Shown: positions 9,539 through 18,137 of the stretch, one piece after another
Layout of the letters: the number at the start of each line of letters is the position of its first letter
Position numbering within the stretch: position 1 is the stretch's first letter
DNA from: Clostridia bacterium
GTDB lineage: Bacteria > Bacillota > Clostridia > Christensenellales > QALW01
DNA length: 64,000 bases
Assembly (NCBI GenBank): GCA_045600705.1
Contig: JAZRYL010000042.1
Location: 15,833-79,832, forward strand
Direction of reading: 5' to 3'
Notes under the pieces: model-generated
The model's input: the letters and a program-made list of their open reading frames with translations, nothing else
Database searches by the model: none
What the model was told of the DNA's origin: nothing
Program-made: the position numbers and the translations under genes

Positions 9539-11715
9539 AAATAAAACTTCTTGACCCAAACGTTTCCAACAAAATCGCCGCAGGCGAGGTAGTCGAACGT
9601 CCCTCCTCAATCGTTAAGGAGCTTTGTGAGAACTCCATTGACGCAGGCGCTTCAAGTATTACCGTGGAAATTAAGGGCGGCGGAATAGATTATATCCGCA
9701 TTACCGACAACGGCTGCGGTATGGAACAGGACGACGTAAAAACCGCCTTTCTGCGCCACGCAACAAGCAAAATTTCCGTTGCAGAGGACTTGAATAACAT
9801 TTTAACGCTCGGTTTCCGTGGTGAAGCACTCGCTTCCATTGCTTCCGTTTCGCAAATCGTGCTTCAGACACGCACAAAGAACTCCATTGAGGGCACGGAA
9901 ATCAATCTTTCGGGCGGTACAATTGAAAAATTTACTTCCTGCGGCTGCCCCGAAGGCACGCTTATCCGTGTGGAAAATCTGTTTTTCAACACTCCCGCAA
10001 GAAGAAAATTCTTAAAGCGCCCCTCTCAGGAAGCGTCCTACATCAATGACGTTATCAACCGCCTTGCGCTTTCCCACCCGGAAGTGGCGGTAAAGTTTAT
10101 TTCCGAGGGTAAAACCGTGCTTCGCACTCCCGGTGACGGCTTGCTTTCCTCCTGTATTCGCGGAATTTACGGTGCAGATGTTGCCGCAAATATTATCCCT
10201 CTTGAATTTTCCGACCGTGGAATCACTCTGTCGGGATTTTTGGGCAACCGTGAAATTCAAAAAAGCAACCGTTCGTGGCAAATTCTGTTCATTAACGGCA
10301 GAAGCGTGAAAAACGACTTGGTTTCAGCCGCCGTTTATCAAGGCTATGCAGGACGGCTTAACGTGGGCAAATTCCCGTTTTTCGTCTTAAGTATCTCTCT
10401 TGAGGGCAACCTTGTGGACGTAAATGTGCATCCCACTAAGCAGGAAGTCCGTTTTGCCGACGGCTTGCCAATATTCGACACGGTGCTTACCGCCGTTTCC
10501 CGCACGCTTACAAAAAATCAGGAAATTCCGTCACTTTTCAAGCAGGAACGTGTTCAGCCGGTCGCTGACGTAAAGGTGATAAGCGGTGTTCCCGGCGCAA
10601 AGGAAACAAATGTTTCGCCCTCTCAAACGGCAGAACAGAAACCAACTGCGCAGAACATCCCCGCAGGGCAGAACACTCCCGCTGAACCGCAAAAAGCAAA
10701 AATCGACCCCTACGAACCAATAAGTCCCCAAGAACTCGTTAAATCACTTAACGAGCAGGATAAATATAGATTTGACAGTAAAAAACCTTTTGCCGTAGAA
10801 ACGGGCTTTAAGGGTTATTCGTCGCAGAAGCCAACACCCGTTTATGCCGAAAAAAACAAGGAAGTTCACGCACTTGCGGATTATCTTAAAGACTCCGTTA
10901 AGGGTATGAATGACTCCTCTGATGCCGTTTCGGTAAAAATCTCTCCCGTTCAGCCTGCCGAAAAGGATGATTTCAAAAATTTAATAGAAAAAACCGATTT
11001 CAGGGAGCAAAAAACGCAACAAAATGTTCGGGAGCAAGGCGTTCAAACGGCAGAAAATGTTCAAGAACAAAGCATTCAAAATGCTTCCGCTGTGTCGGAG
11101 CAGACAACGTTTATTTCGGAAGAAAAACTGCGTGAGTTTGAACCCGATTACAAGATTATCGGAATTTTGTTCGACACCTATATCGTTATTGAATTTGAGG
11201 GCAGTGCGTACATAATCGACCAGCACGCCGCCCATGAACGAATTCTTTTTGAGCGTTTGTATGCTTCCTGCGGTGAAAATTCCGCAAGTCAGATACTGAT
11301 GATTCCGAGAATTATCAAGGTTTCGCCCTCTGAGCAGGCGATTTTGGAGGACCTTATCCCCCACTTGACCGAACTCGGCTACGAAATCGACGACGTGGGA
11401 TTAGGTTCGTTTGCCGTCAAGGCGACTCCCTCTGCGCTTGAGGACACCGACCCCGAAAAATTCATTACATCGCTGCTGACCGAGGGTAATTCAATAAAAA
11501 TTCTGCGCACTAACGAACTGAAACGCAACAAACTAATGCAGCTTGCCTGCAAAAGTGCCGTTAAGGCAGGCGACAAGCTAACCGAAAACGACATAAAAGT
11601 GCTGCTTGACTTAATCGTTAAGGAAAGCGTACCTCTTTCCTGCCCCCACGGCAGACCGATTTTAATTAAACTTTCCAAGCACGAACTTGAGGTTCGGTTC
11701 AAGAGGATACAATGA
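9535..11715 (+). CDS. mutL: DNA mismatch repair endonuclease MutL
   Basis: 726 aa with the GHKL N-terminus (IAAGEVVERPSSIVKELCENSIDAG, DNGCGM), a long low-complexity linker, and a C-terminal DQHAAHERILFE endonuclease motif and CPHGRP. ATGA overlap with mutS. Confidence 0.95.
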   Translation: MKIKLLDPNVSNKIAAGEVVERPSSIVKELCENSIDAGASSITVEIKGGGIDYIRITDNGCGMEQDDVKTAFLRHATSKISVAEDLNNILTLGFRGEALASIASVSQIVLQTRTKNSIEGTEINLSGGTIEKFTSCGCPEGTLIRVENLFFNTPARRKFLKRPSQEASYINDVINRLALSHPEVAVKFISEGKTVLRTPGDGLLSSCIRGIYGADVAANIIPLEFSDRGITLSGFLGNREIQKSNRSWQILFINGRSVKNDLVSAAVYQGYAGRLNVGKFPFFVLSISLEGNLVDVNVHPTKQEVRFADGLPIFDTVLTAVSRTLTKNQEIPSLFKQERVQPVADVKVISGVPGAKETNVSPSQTAEQKPTAQNIPAGQNTPAEPQKAKIDPYEPISPQELVKSLNEQDKYRFDSKKPFAVETGFKGYSSQKPTPVYAEKNKEVHALADYLKDSVKGMNDSSDAVSVKISPVQPAEKDDFKNLIEKTDFREQKTQQNVREQGVQTAENVQEQSIQNASAVSEQTTFISEEKLREFEPDYKIIGILFDTYIVIEFEGSAYIIDQHAAHERILFERLYASCGENSASQILMIPRIIKVSPSEQAILEDLIPHLTELGYEIDDVGLGSFAVKATPSALEDTDPEKFITSLLTEGNSIKILRTNELKRNKLMQLACKSAVKAGDKLTENDIKVLLDLIVKESVPLSCPHGRPILIKLSKHELEVRFKRIQ

Positions 11716-12575
11716 AAATTCCGATTATAGCAGGACCTACCGCTTCGGGAAAAACGGCGTTGGGCGTTGCTCTTGCAAAAAAATACAACGGCGAAATCAT
11801 TTCCTGCGACTCAATGCAGATTTTTAAGGATATTCCCATTTGCTCGGCTCAGCCTACCGAGGAAGAAAAAGAGGGAATTCTCCATCATTTAATGGGTTTT
11901 CTCGATTTTGACGCACGTTTTACCGTGGAAGATTACCGCACCCTTGCGCTTGAAAAAATCCGTGAGGTGCAAAGTCGGGGCAAACTTCCCATAATCGTGG
12001 GCGGCACGGGAATGTATTTGCATTATCTTATTTATCAGCCCGATTTCGGCGCAGACTCCGACGAAAAAATCAAATGTGAACTTGAAAAACTTTCAAACGA
12101 ACAACTTTACGCAAAACTTACCGAACTTGATTCTGCACCGATTATCACGCCCAATGACCGAAAACGGCTTGTTCGGGCATTAGAGGTGTATGCGCTGACG
12201 GGAAAATTACCGCCGAAAACGCCCGAAAAAATAAAAAATACCGAATTTGACTTCGAACTTTATTGCATTTCACCCGACCGTGAAATTCTTTATGAAAAAA
12301 TCAACCGCCGTGTGGATATTATGCTTGAAAACGGTATGGTTGATGAGGTCAAACGTATGCAGGAACTTGGCGCAAATGAGTCGCACCAAAGTTTTAAGGC
12401 AATCGGCTGCCGACAGTTGATAGACCATTTTAACGGAAAGTGTTCCTTTGAGGAAGCCGTGGAAACAATTAAGCAGGAAAGCCGCCGTTATGCCAAACGT
12501 CAACTCACGTGGATGCGCAAGGAAGACGCAACTTGGCTCGAAAACGGCTCGGACATTGATAACTTTTTCGGATAA
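11712..12575 (+). CDS. miaA: tRNA dimethylallyltransferase
   Basis: 287 aa with P-loop GPTASGKTALG, SCDSMQIFKD and RRYAKRQLTWMR. ATGA overlap with mutL. Confidence 0.93.
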   Translation: MKIPIIAGPTASGKTALGVALAKKYNGEIISCDSMQIFKDIPICSAQPTEEEKEGILHHLMGFLDFDARFTVEDYRTLALEKIREVQSRGKLPIIVGGTGMYLHYLIYQPDFGADSDEKIKCELEKLSNEQLYAKLTELDSAPIITPNDRKRLVRALEVYALTGKLPPKTPEKIKNTEFDFELYCISPDREILYEKINRRVDIMLENGMVDEVKRMQELGANESHQSFKAIGCRQLIDHFNGKCSFEEAVETIKQESRRYAKRQLTWMRKEDATWLENGSDIDNFFG

Positions 12576-12578
12576 AAA

Positions 12579-12612
12579 TAAATCCGTATCGCAAGATACG
12601 GATTTATTAGTT
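12579..12612 (+). terminator. intrinsic terminator after miaA
   Basis: AAATCCGTATC-GCAA-GATACGGATTT followed by a T-rich tail. Confidence 0.7.
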
Positions 12613-12621
12613 TCTTTGTAT

Positions 12622-12668
12622 TTGAATTTGTCCTTTTCTTTATAAAAAAAAGGACGCAAAAGAAATTT
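12622..12668. repeat. intergenic palindromic repeat family, divergent member
   Basis: TTGTCCTTTTCTTTATAAAAAAAAGGACGCAAAAGAAATTTT aligns with the copy at 17938-17999. Confidence 0.55.
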
Positions 12669-12732
12669 TAATACTTTTTTATAAAAGCAAAAATAAAAAA
12701 TTTTTTCAACATTAAAAAAAGCGGATATAAAA

Positions 12733-12772
12733 AAACAAGCGGAATAGTGACAAAAATGTCGAACCGCTTGAT
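12733..12772 (-). terminator. intrinsic terminator after the yegP-like gene
   Basis: Minus-strand CAAGCGG..CCGCTTG followed by UUUUUUU. Confidence 0.6.
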
Positions 12773-12793
12773 TTTTTATTTCAATTTTTTTGA

Positions 12794-13159
12794 TTATTCG
12801 GAAACGACCTCTGCATCGGGAGCATTTTTCTTAATGCTTTCGATTCCGTTAAGGCAGCTTGCTTTTGCCTTATATCCTTCGGATGTTGCGATGATTTCGC
12901 CGTTTTTAGCTTTCAAACGAAATCTGAATTCGCCTGCTTTGTCGGTATAAACTTCGAATTTGGGGTGTTTTTCGGTTGCGAATCCCTCTACGGTCTGGTC
13001 TTCGATTGCGCCAACGCAGCAATTCTTTACGCTGTCAACGCCGTTGCGGCATGAAGCTTCGGTAGAATAAACCTGTGAGCTTGCGATTACTTCGCCGTTT
13101 CCTGCTTTAAGATCAAACTTAAAACCTGTTTTTGCTTCTTTGATAACAAATTTACCCAT
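12794..13159 (-). CDS. YegP/UPF0339 (DUF1508) family protein, two tandem repeats
   Basis: 121 aa from the ATG at 13159 (RBS AAGGAG). Internal duplication: F.LKAGNGEVIASSQVYSTEASCRNGVDSV and FRLKAKNGEIIATSEGYKAKASCLNGIESI. The track ORF was trimmed because its first 51 codons read through the tRNA. Confidence 0.8.
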   Translation of the reverse strand: MGKFVIKEAKTGFKFDLKAGNGEVIASSQVYSTEASCRNGVDSVKNCCVGAIEDQTVEGFATEKHPKFEVYTDKAGEFRFRLKAKNGEIIATSEGYKAKASCLNGIESIKKNAPDAEVVSE

Positions 13160-13179
13160 TTTTTTACACTCCTTATTAA

Positions 13180-13217
13180 AAAAATAAAAGGAACTCCGTT
13201 TACGGAGTTCCTTTCTA
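13180..13217 (-). terminator. intrinsic terminator after tRNA(CAU)
   Basis: Minus-strand AAAGGAACTCCGT-AAAC-GGAGTTCCTTT followed by UAUUUUUUU. Confidence 0.75.
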
Positions 13218-13233
13218 TGCCGGAATACTCCGG

Positions 13234-13310
13234 TGGTAGCGGCGAGTGGACTCGAACCACCGATCTGTCGGGTATGAACCGAATGCTCTAGCCAACTGAG
13301 CCACGCCGCC
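13234..13310 (-). tRNA. tRNA with CAU anticodon (Met, or Ile2 if lysidine-modified), CCA encoded
   Basis: 77-nt cloverleaf read by hand: GGCGGCG-TG-GCTC-AGTTGGCTA-GAGC-A-TTCGG-TTCATAC-CCGAC-AGATC-GGTGG-TTCGAGT-CCACT-CGCCGCT-A-CCA. Confidence 0.88.
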
Positions 13311-13324
13311 ATTTGAACGGGTTT

Positions 13325-13353
13325 ATTATAGCAATTTGTTTGTAATTTGTCAA
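13325..13353 (-). promoter_or_regulatory. consensus sigma-A promoter for the tRNA
   Basis: Minus strand TTGACA, 17 nt, TATAAT with an upstream TGC. Ends about 14 nt before tRNA position 1. Confidence 0.7.
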
Positions 13354-13403
13354 CTAAAAAAACACGTTTTTTGAAATAACGCAGAAAAATTTTTCAAAAA
13401 AGG

Positions 13404-14174
13404 TCATTTGAAAAACTCAAAAGAGCGTTTTACGAAATCAGGGTCCTCGTCATAAATGGCGTGAGAGTAGTTTTCGCAGAAGAAATGGGGGCAATTAAGT
13501 GCTTCTACAAGTCGCTGAGCGGCTGAAAACTGAGTAACATTATCGTTCTTGCTTACCCAAACGGACACGGGGCATAAAAATTTTTCGGGCAAGTGATAAT
13601 TCGGCGCCGCATTAGCAATTACGGCAAAGCGGTCAAGTTCATCATCGGAAAAACAAACGTTTTCAGCGGTACGAATGAAATTTTCCGCAACCGCCGGCGA
13701 ATAAACGTATGTCACGAAATCCTTAAACAGAGCCAAGCCTTCGTGCTTTTGCGCCAAATCTGCCCAACGGTGCATAAGACCGTTAAAGTGTTCGGTGGCG
13801 CTGAGCCCGCAGGAAGCGATACCGAGTTTTTCAACTCTTTCGGGGTACTGCGAAGCGATAAACGAACCTATCATTGCGCCTTGCGAAACACCAAGCACAG
13901 AAAAACGTTCGATTTTCAAGAAATCTGCAAGATAAATCACGTCACGGGCAAAATCGGATATGCTTATGCCGTCGAAAACGTTTTCACGGCGGTCAACGAC
14001 GTACACGGTGAAGTCATTTTCGTAAAGTTTGTACTGTTCACGCACCGCTTCGGCGCTTTCCGAAACGTTTTTAACGGAAAGTCCCGGAATAACAAACAAA
14101 TTGCGTTCGCCCTTGCCGAACGAGAAATAATTCATTATTAAATTTTCTGTTTTGATAAGATCTTTGTTTACCAT
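13404..14174 (-). CDS. alpha/beta-fold hydrolase
   Basis: Nucleophile elbow VLGVSQGAMIG (GxSxG). The ATG at 14174 is preferred because GGAGA lies 10 nt upstream; the track start at 14183 is a TTG. Confidence 0.75.
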   Translation of the reverse strand: MVNKDLIKTENLIMNYFSFGKGERNLFVIPGLSVKNVSESAEAVREQYKLYENDFTVYVVDRRENVFDGISISDFARDVIYLADFLKIERFSVLGVSQGAMIGSFIASQYPERVEKLGIASCGLSATEHFNGLMHRWADLAQKHEGLALFKDFVTYVYSPAVAENFIRTAENVCFSDDELDRFAVIANAAPNYHLPEKFLCPVSVWVSKNDNVTQFSAAQRLVEALNCPHFFCENYSHAIYDEDPDFVKRSFEFFK

Positions 14175-14194
14175 AAATCCCAATTCTCCGAATA

Positions 14195-14220
14195 AAATGC
14201 CACCGCAAAAGCGGTGGCGG
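14195..14220 (-). terminator. intrinsic terminator after the STAS gene
   Basis: GCCACCGC-TTTT-GCGGTGGC followed by AUUUUAUU on the minus strand. Confidence 0.7.
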
Positions 14221-14233
14221 TAATAAAACTTAT

Positions 14234-14530
14234 TTACTGAATGTCAAGAACGTCGGAAAATCCGGTGATGTCAAATACTTCGGAAATAGTTTCGTTTACG
14301 TTTTTGATAACCATTTTGCCCTGCTTGTTCATAATCTTTTGTGCAGAAAGCAAAACACGCAATCCGGCAGACGAAATGTATTCGAGATTTGCGAAATCAA
14401 AGGTAAGGTCGGTAATGTCGGTCAAGTCTGACTTAACAACTGCGTCAAGTTCGGGAGCGGTGGTGGTGTCAAGACGGCCTTCGAGAGCGATAGTTAAAAC
14501 TGAGCCTTCATTAGTTTTTGTGATAGTCAT
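14234..14530 (-). CDS. STAS-domain protein (anti-sigma-factor antagonist, SpoIIAA/RsbV-like)
   Basis: 98 aa from the ATG at 14530 (RBS GGAGGT 8 nt upstream). LEGRLDTTTAPEL..LEYISSAGLRVLL carries the conserved Ser-containing SSxGL motif. Confidence 0.85.
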   Translation of the reverse strand: MTITKTNEGSVLTIALEGRLDTTTAPELDAVVKSDLTDITDLTFDFANLEYISSAGLRVLLSAQKIMNKQGKMVIKNVNETISEVFDITGFSDVLDIQ

Positions 14531-14550
14531 AATAAAAACCTCCAAACAAA

Positions 14551-15717
14551 TTAAAATTCAAGAGTATCAACTAACGGTAATAATGCAGCAAGTTTGTTTT
14601 TGCAATGTTCGATGAAGCGTGCATTGTCGGGCTCACGGCGAAGCGTGCGGCGAAGCAAACGGGTGTAACCGATGATCTGCGCCTTATTGGAAATGCTGTC
14701 AAGCACTGCCTTATCGGTAGTTTCAAAGTAATATTCAAGAGTCTTGTTCCAGATTTCAACGGTTTTTTCAACGGGAAGTCCCATGAAATGCATTGTAACC
14801 GACGGGTCGATTTCGCCGAAGCCGACGTTGGCATTGAAAATGGAAGCAAATTCGAATACGGGGTGACCGTAGCAAAGAGTGTCCATATCAATAAGGAGAA
14901 CTTCGCCGTCCTGAATCATAACATTCTTGAAATGGTAGTCGCCGTGAAGCATGGTGTGACGTTCCGGAACGGCTTCCATAAGGGAAACGAGTTTTTCAAA
15001 CTGGTCGTCGGGAATGTGACCTTTAAGATATTTAGCCCAGTTTACCGCAACCTGCTTCATATCGGGCATATCGTTCACGTCAACCTCGGTTGAATGAATT
15101 TGCTTTGCAAGTTTAACGAATTCTTTAACGGTTTCATCAAAGCGTTCGGGCTGTTTTTCAACGATTTTGGCAAACGATGTAGCGTTAAGAAGTTCAAAAA
15201 CGGAACCGTAGGTGTTGCCGACTTTAACAACGTCGTAAGGAATAGCGGTGGGAATTCCGAGAACAAGTGCTTTTCTTGCAAGTTCACGCTCTCTGTGAAT
15301 GTCGGGAAGTGAATCGGGGTTTCTGTAAACCTTAATAATAGTGTCGGCGTCAAGGCGGTAAACGACACCGTTGGAGCCTTGACCGATCATTTCGCAACCG
15401 TCAACGGAAAGTTTTCTGTATGCCTTGGAAATGTCCATCATTTCGGTAAAGCCGGTCATATCGAAAACGTCGTAAACCTCGTTTGAAACGTTCACAATTT
15501 TAAGTTCCTTGTGTGCTTTCTTCAAGCGAAGAATAATTCTGAGTCCCACACTGGAAATGTACTGAAGATTTTCCGCATCAATAACAAGTTGTGCATTGGG
15601 GTTAGCATCAACGAATTCGTTGATTTTCTTTTCTGCCTCGGGCGCATTTGAAGAATCAATGTGACCTTCAAAAAATAAAGTGAGTACATTATTTTCAAGA
15701 TTGCTTTTTATATCCAT
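14551..15717 (-). CDS. fusion protein: N-terminal STAS domain plus C-terminal APH/choline-kinase-type phosphotransferase (eukaryotic-like kinase fold)
   Basis: STAS region: FEGHIDSSNAPEAE..LQYISSVGLRIILRL. Kinase region: IGQGSNGVVYRL..IIKVY (Gly loop and Lys), LHGDYHFKNVMI (catalytic loop) and LLIDMDTL (metal site). The ATG at 15717 lies 1 nt after the stop of the upstream HD gene. Confidence 0.8.
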   Translation of the reverse strand: MDIKSNLENNVLTLFFEGHIDSSNAPEAEKKINEFVDANPNAQLVIDAENLQYISSVGLRIILRLKKAHKELKIVNVSNEVYDVFDMTGFTEMMDISKAYRKLSVDGCEMIGQGSNGVVYRLDADTIIKVYRNPDSLPDIHRERELARKALVLGIPTAIPYDVVKVGNTYGSVFELLNATSFAKIVEKQPERFDETVKEFVKLAKQIHSTEVDVNDMPDMKQVAVNWAKYLKGHIPDDQFEKLVSLMEAVPERHTMLHGDYHFKNVMIQDGEVLLIDMDTLCYGHPVFEFASIFNANVGFGEIDPSVTMHFMGLPVEKTVEIWNKTLEYYFETTDKAVLDSISNKAQIIGYTRLLRRTLRREPDNARFIEHCKNKLAALLPLVDTLEF

Positions 15718-15718
15718 A

Positions 15719-16312
15719 TCATTTTTCCTTTCCGAATGTTTTATCAACTAATTCAATGTATTCCTTATATGCCACGGTGTCCTTAAGGTCGGACAGTAAA
15801 TCGGCAATTTCACGGTAATACCATTCTTGAATCTTGGGATTTTTTTGGTTGAATTTGTTCCACATTTCGTCGCCGTTATGCTCGTGCAGAAGATAGAACG
15901 AACGCATATTCGAAAGTTTATCCGAAAGCCAAAGCATTTTTACTTCAATGTTGTCAAGGTCACGAAGTTCTTTAAGAGATTCTTCTTTTCTGACCTGCCA
16001 CGATTCACGGGCATCAATATTTTCACGCTTATTTTCCGTTTCCGAAGCAACAAGAAACGCAACGTGCGGTCCAAACATCGCTTCAATCTGTTCGGGAACA
16101 ACATCGGTATCTTCAACTGTGTCGTGAAGAAGCGCCGCCGCCATAAGTTCTTCATCGGTGGTAAGAGTTGCGATTATGGTTGCGGCTTCCATTGCGTGCA
16201 ATATGGCAGGAGTTCTGCTGCCCTTGCGATACTGTCCGCTGTGCGCCGAAATCGCAAACATCATTGCCTTCGAAACTATGTCCTCGGCATATTCAAATGT
16301 AGATTCTTTCAT
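15719..16312 (-). CDS. HD-domain (p)ppGpp pyrophosphohydrolase-like protein (small alarmone hydrolase type)
   Basis: 197 aa with AHSGQYRKGSRTPAILHAMEAATI and LLHDTVEDT, the RelA/SpoT hydrolase-domain signatures, and no synthetase domain. Confidence 0.75.
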   Translation of the reverse strand: MKESTFEYAEDIVSKAMMFAISAHSGQYRKGSRTPAILHAMEAATIIATLTTDEELMAAALLHDTVEDTDVVPEQIEAMFGPHVAFLVASETENKRENIDARESWQVRKEESLKELRDLDNIEVKMLWLSDKLSNMRSFYLLHEHNGDEMWNKFNQKNPKIQEWYYREIADLLSDLKDTVAYKEYIELVDKTFGKEK

Positions 16313-16513
16313 AAATGTCTCCTAAAATATATATCTTGAAATATTATACCATATTTGCAAAAAGATTTCAACGTAATTTTTATAAAAATGAAATTATCTT
16401 TATTGCGCTTTGCTTGAAATTATATTCGAAAAGTGATATAATTGGATACGGTCAAACCGAAAATTCGATTTCCCACTTGATTTTATGTGCCTTTAAGGAG
16501 GAAAAAGTTGAAT

Positions 16514-17887
16514 ATGCCCAAAAAAAGTCACGGGTCATCAAGTGACAGCGCACTTATGCTTAAACGAATGACGGAAACACCTATTCCGAAACTTATACTT
16601 TCAATGGCAACCCCAACGGTAATAAGTATGCTGATAACCGTTGTATATAATACGGCTGACACATATTTCGTATCGCAGATAAACAAGTCTGCTTCGGCGG
16701 CGGTTGGCGCAGTTTACCCCATAATGGCGGTAATTCAAGCGGTGGGCTACGGACTTGGAGTAGGTTCAAGCAGTCTTATAAGCATACTTCTCGGTCAAAA
16801 AAATAAGAAAAAAGCAGATATGTATGCATCAAGCGCATTCTATTTCGGAATAGTTTTGGGCTTGCTCGTGTGCGTCGTGGGACTCCTTTTGAATAACTGG
16901 GTGCTGAATGTGCTCGGCTGTTCCGAAACAATGCTCGAATACGCAAAAAGTTATTCTTTTTATATTTTGCTCGCCGCTCCCATAAGTTGTTCCACGTTCG
17001 TAATGAATAATACGGTGCGTGCGCAGGGAAACGCAGGTATTGCCATGGTGGGTATGAGCGCAGGCGCAATAGTAAATATGATTCTCGACCCCGTCTTGAT
17101 TTTCACTTGTAATATGGGCACGGGCGGTGCTTCTCTTGCAACAGCCATAAGTCAGTTGATAAGTTTCCTTATATTCGCTTACGTTTTCATCAGTAAAAAG
17201 TCTATTGTGGATATAAGCATCAAAAATATCAGCAAAAATCCCAAAGATTATCTTCACGTGCTTGCTACCGGTCTGCCGACTATTTTCAGACAAAGTATGG
17301 GCAGTCTTTCGGCGGCTTTGCTTAATATTCAAGCGGTTGTCTACGGCGATGCGGCTGTTTCGGCGGTCACGATTGCCAACAAGGTGTACGTGCTTGTCCG
17401 AAACGTGGTTCTCGGCGTCGGTCAAGGCTTTATGCCCGTGGCAGGATATAACTTCGGAGCAGGTAACCGAAAAAGAACTTGGAATGCGTTTCTGTTCACT
17501 TCCCTTTTGGGAACGGTCATTTGCCTGGTGTGCGCCGCAGGCTCGTTCTTTATGGCGGAAAATATTATGCGGTGGTTCTCACCCGACTCCGACGTGGTGA
17601 AAATTGGTATTACAACACTGCACTTCTGCGCCGCCGTAATGCCGTTTATGGCAATTTCCACTTACGTTAATCAAATGTATCAGTGCCTCGGCTTTAAGAC
17701 GGTGGCAACGCTGCTCGCCTCGTGCAGGCAGGGAATTATGTTTGTTCCCGCAATTCTTATTTTGCCTAAATTCTTCGGCTGCACCGGCGTGGAAGCAAGT
17801 CAGCCACTTGCCGATTTGCTTACATTCGTAATTTCCGTGCCGTTCTTGATTCTGTTCTACGTAAATCATATAAAACAAAAAAAATGA
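16514..17887 (+). CDS. MATE family efflux transporter
   Basis: About 12 TM helices. N-terminus PIPKLILSMATPTVISMLITVVYNTADTYFVSQ is typical of MATE. The start is ambiguous: TTG 16508 or ATG 16514, both after AAGGAGG. Confidence 0.85.
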   Translation: MPKKSHGSSSDSALMLKRMTETPIPKLILSMATPTVISMLITVVYNTADTYFVSQINKSASAAVGAVYPIMAVIQAVGYGLGVGSSSLISILLGQKNKKKADMYASSAFYFGIVLGLLVCVVGLLLNNWVLNVLGCSETMLEYAKSYSFYILLAAPISCSTFVMNNTVRAQGNAGIAMVGMSAGAIVNMILDPVLIFTCNMGTGGASLATAISQLISFLIFAYVFISKKSIVDISIKNISKNPKDYLHVLATGLPTIFRQSMGSLSAALLNIQAVVYGDAAVSAVTIANKVYVLVRNVVLGVGQGFMPVAGYNFGAGNRKRTWNAFLFTSLLGTVICLVCAAGSFFMAENIMRWFSPDSDVVKIGITTLHFCAAVMPFMAISTYVNQMYQCLGFKTVATLLASCRQGIMFVPAILILPKFFGCTGVEASQPLADLLTFVISVPFLILFYVNHIKQKK

Positions 17888-17892
17888 ATAAC

Positions 17893-17922
17893 AAAAGGAC
17901 GGTGGTACACCGTCCTTTTAAT
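17893..17922 (+). terminator. intrinsic terminator after the MATE gene
   Basis: AAAGGACGGTG-GTA-CACCGTCCTTT followed by a T-rich tail. Confidence 0.75.
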
Positions 17923-17937
17923 TTTGTTTTTGTTTAG

Positions 17938-17999
17938 ATTTGTTCTTTTCTTTATAAAGAAAAGAACACAAAAGAAACTTTCATTCCGCCTTGCGGTAT
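17938..17999. repeat. intergenic palindromic repeat family member
   Basis: TGTTCTTTTCTTTATAAAGAAAAGAACA palindrome plus the tail CAAAAGAAACTTTCATTCCGCCTTGCGG. Confidence 0.65.
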
Positions 18000-18045
18000 T
18001 ATACTATTCTTTCACTATAAAACTATGCTTTTATGTGTAGTTTAT

Positions 18046-18112
18046 CCTTTTGCCGCGAAGCGAGATAAAAGTTCTTTTTGTTACTTTTTCTTTCAAGAAA
18101 AAGTAAAAGGAG
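18046..18112. repeat. intergenic palindromic repeat family member
   Basis: GCCGCGAAGCGAGATAAAAGTTCTTTTTGTTACTTTTTCTTTCAAGAAAAAGTAA. It overlaps the last codons of the FAD oxidoreductase gene region. Confidence 0.65.
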
Positions 18113-18137
18113 TTCTTCGTCTGCACCGTTTTTTGAA

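Noticed and set aside
12794-13312. 172-aa ORF as listed in the track
   Set aside because: Its first 51 codons read through the tRNA(CAU) gene and its terminator. The real gene starts at the ATG at 13159, behind AAGGAG.
16829-17425. 198-aa minus-strand ORF inside the MATE gene, with similar antisense ORFs at 49831-50421, 47060-47614, 55448-55996, 51870-52424 and 44620-45096
   Set aside because: All lie fully inside longer ORFs with coherent domain content on the opposite strand. None has an RBS or a recognisable motif.
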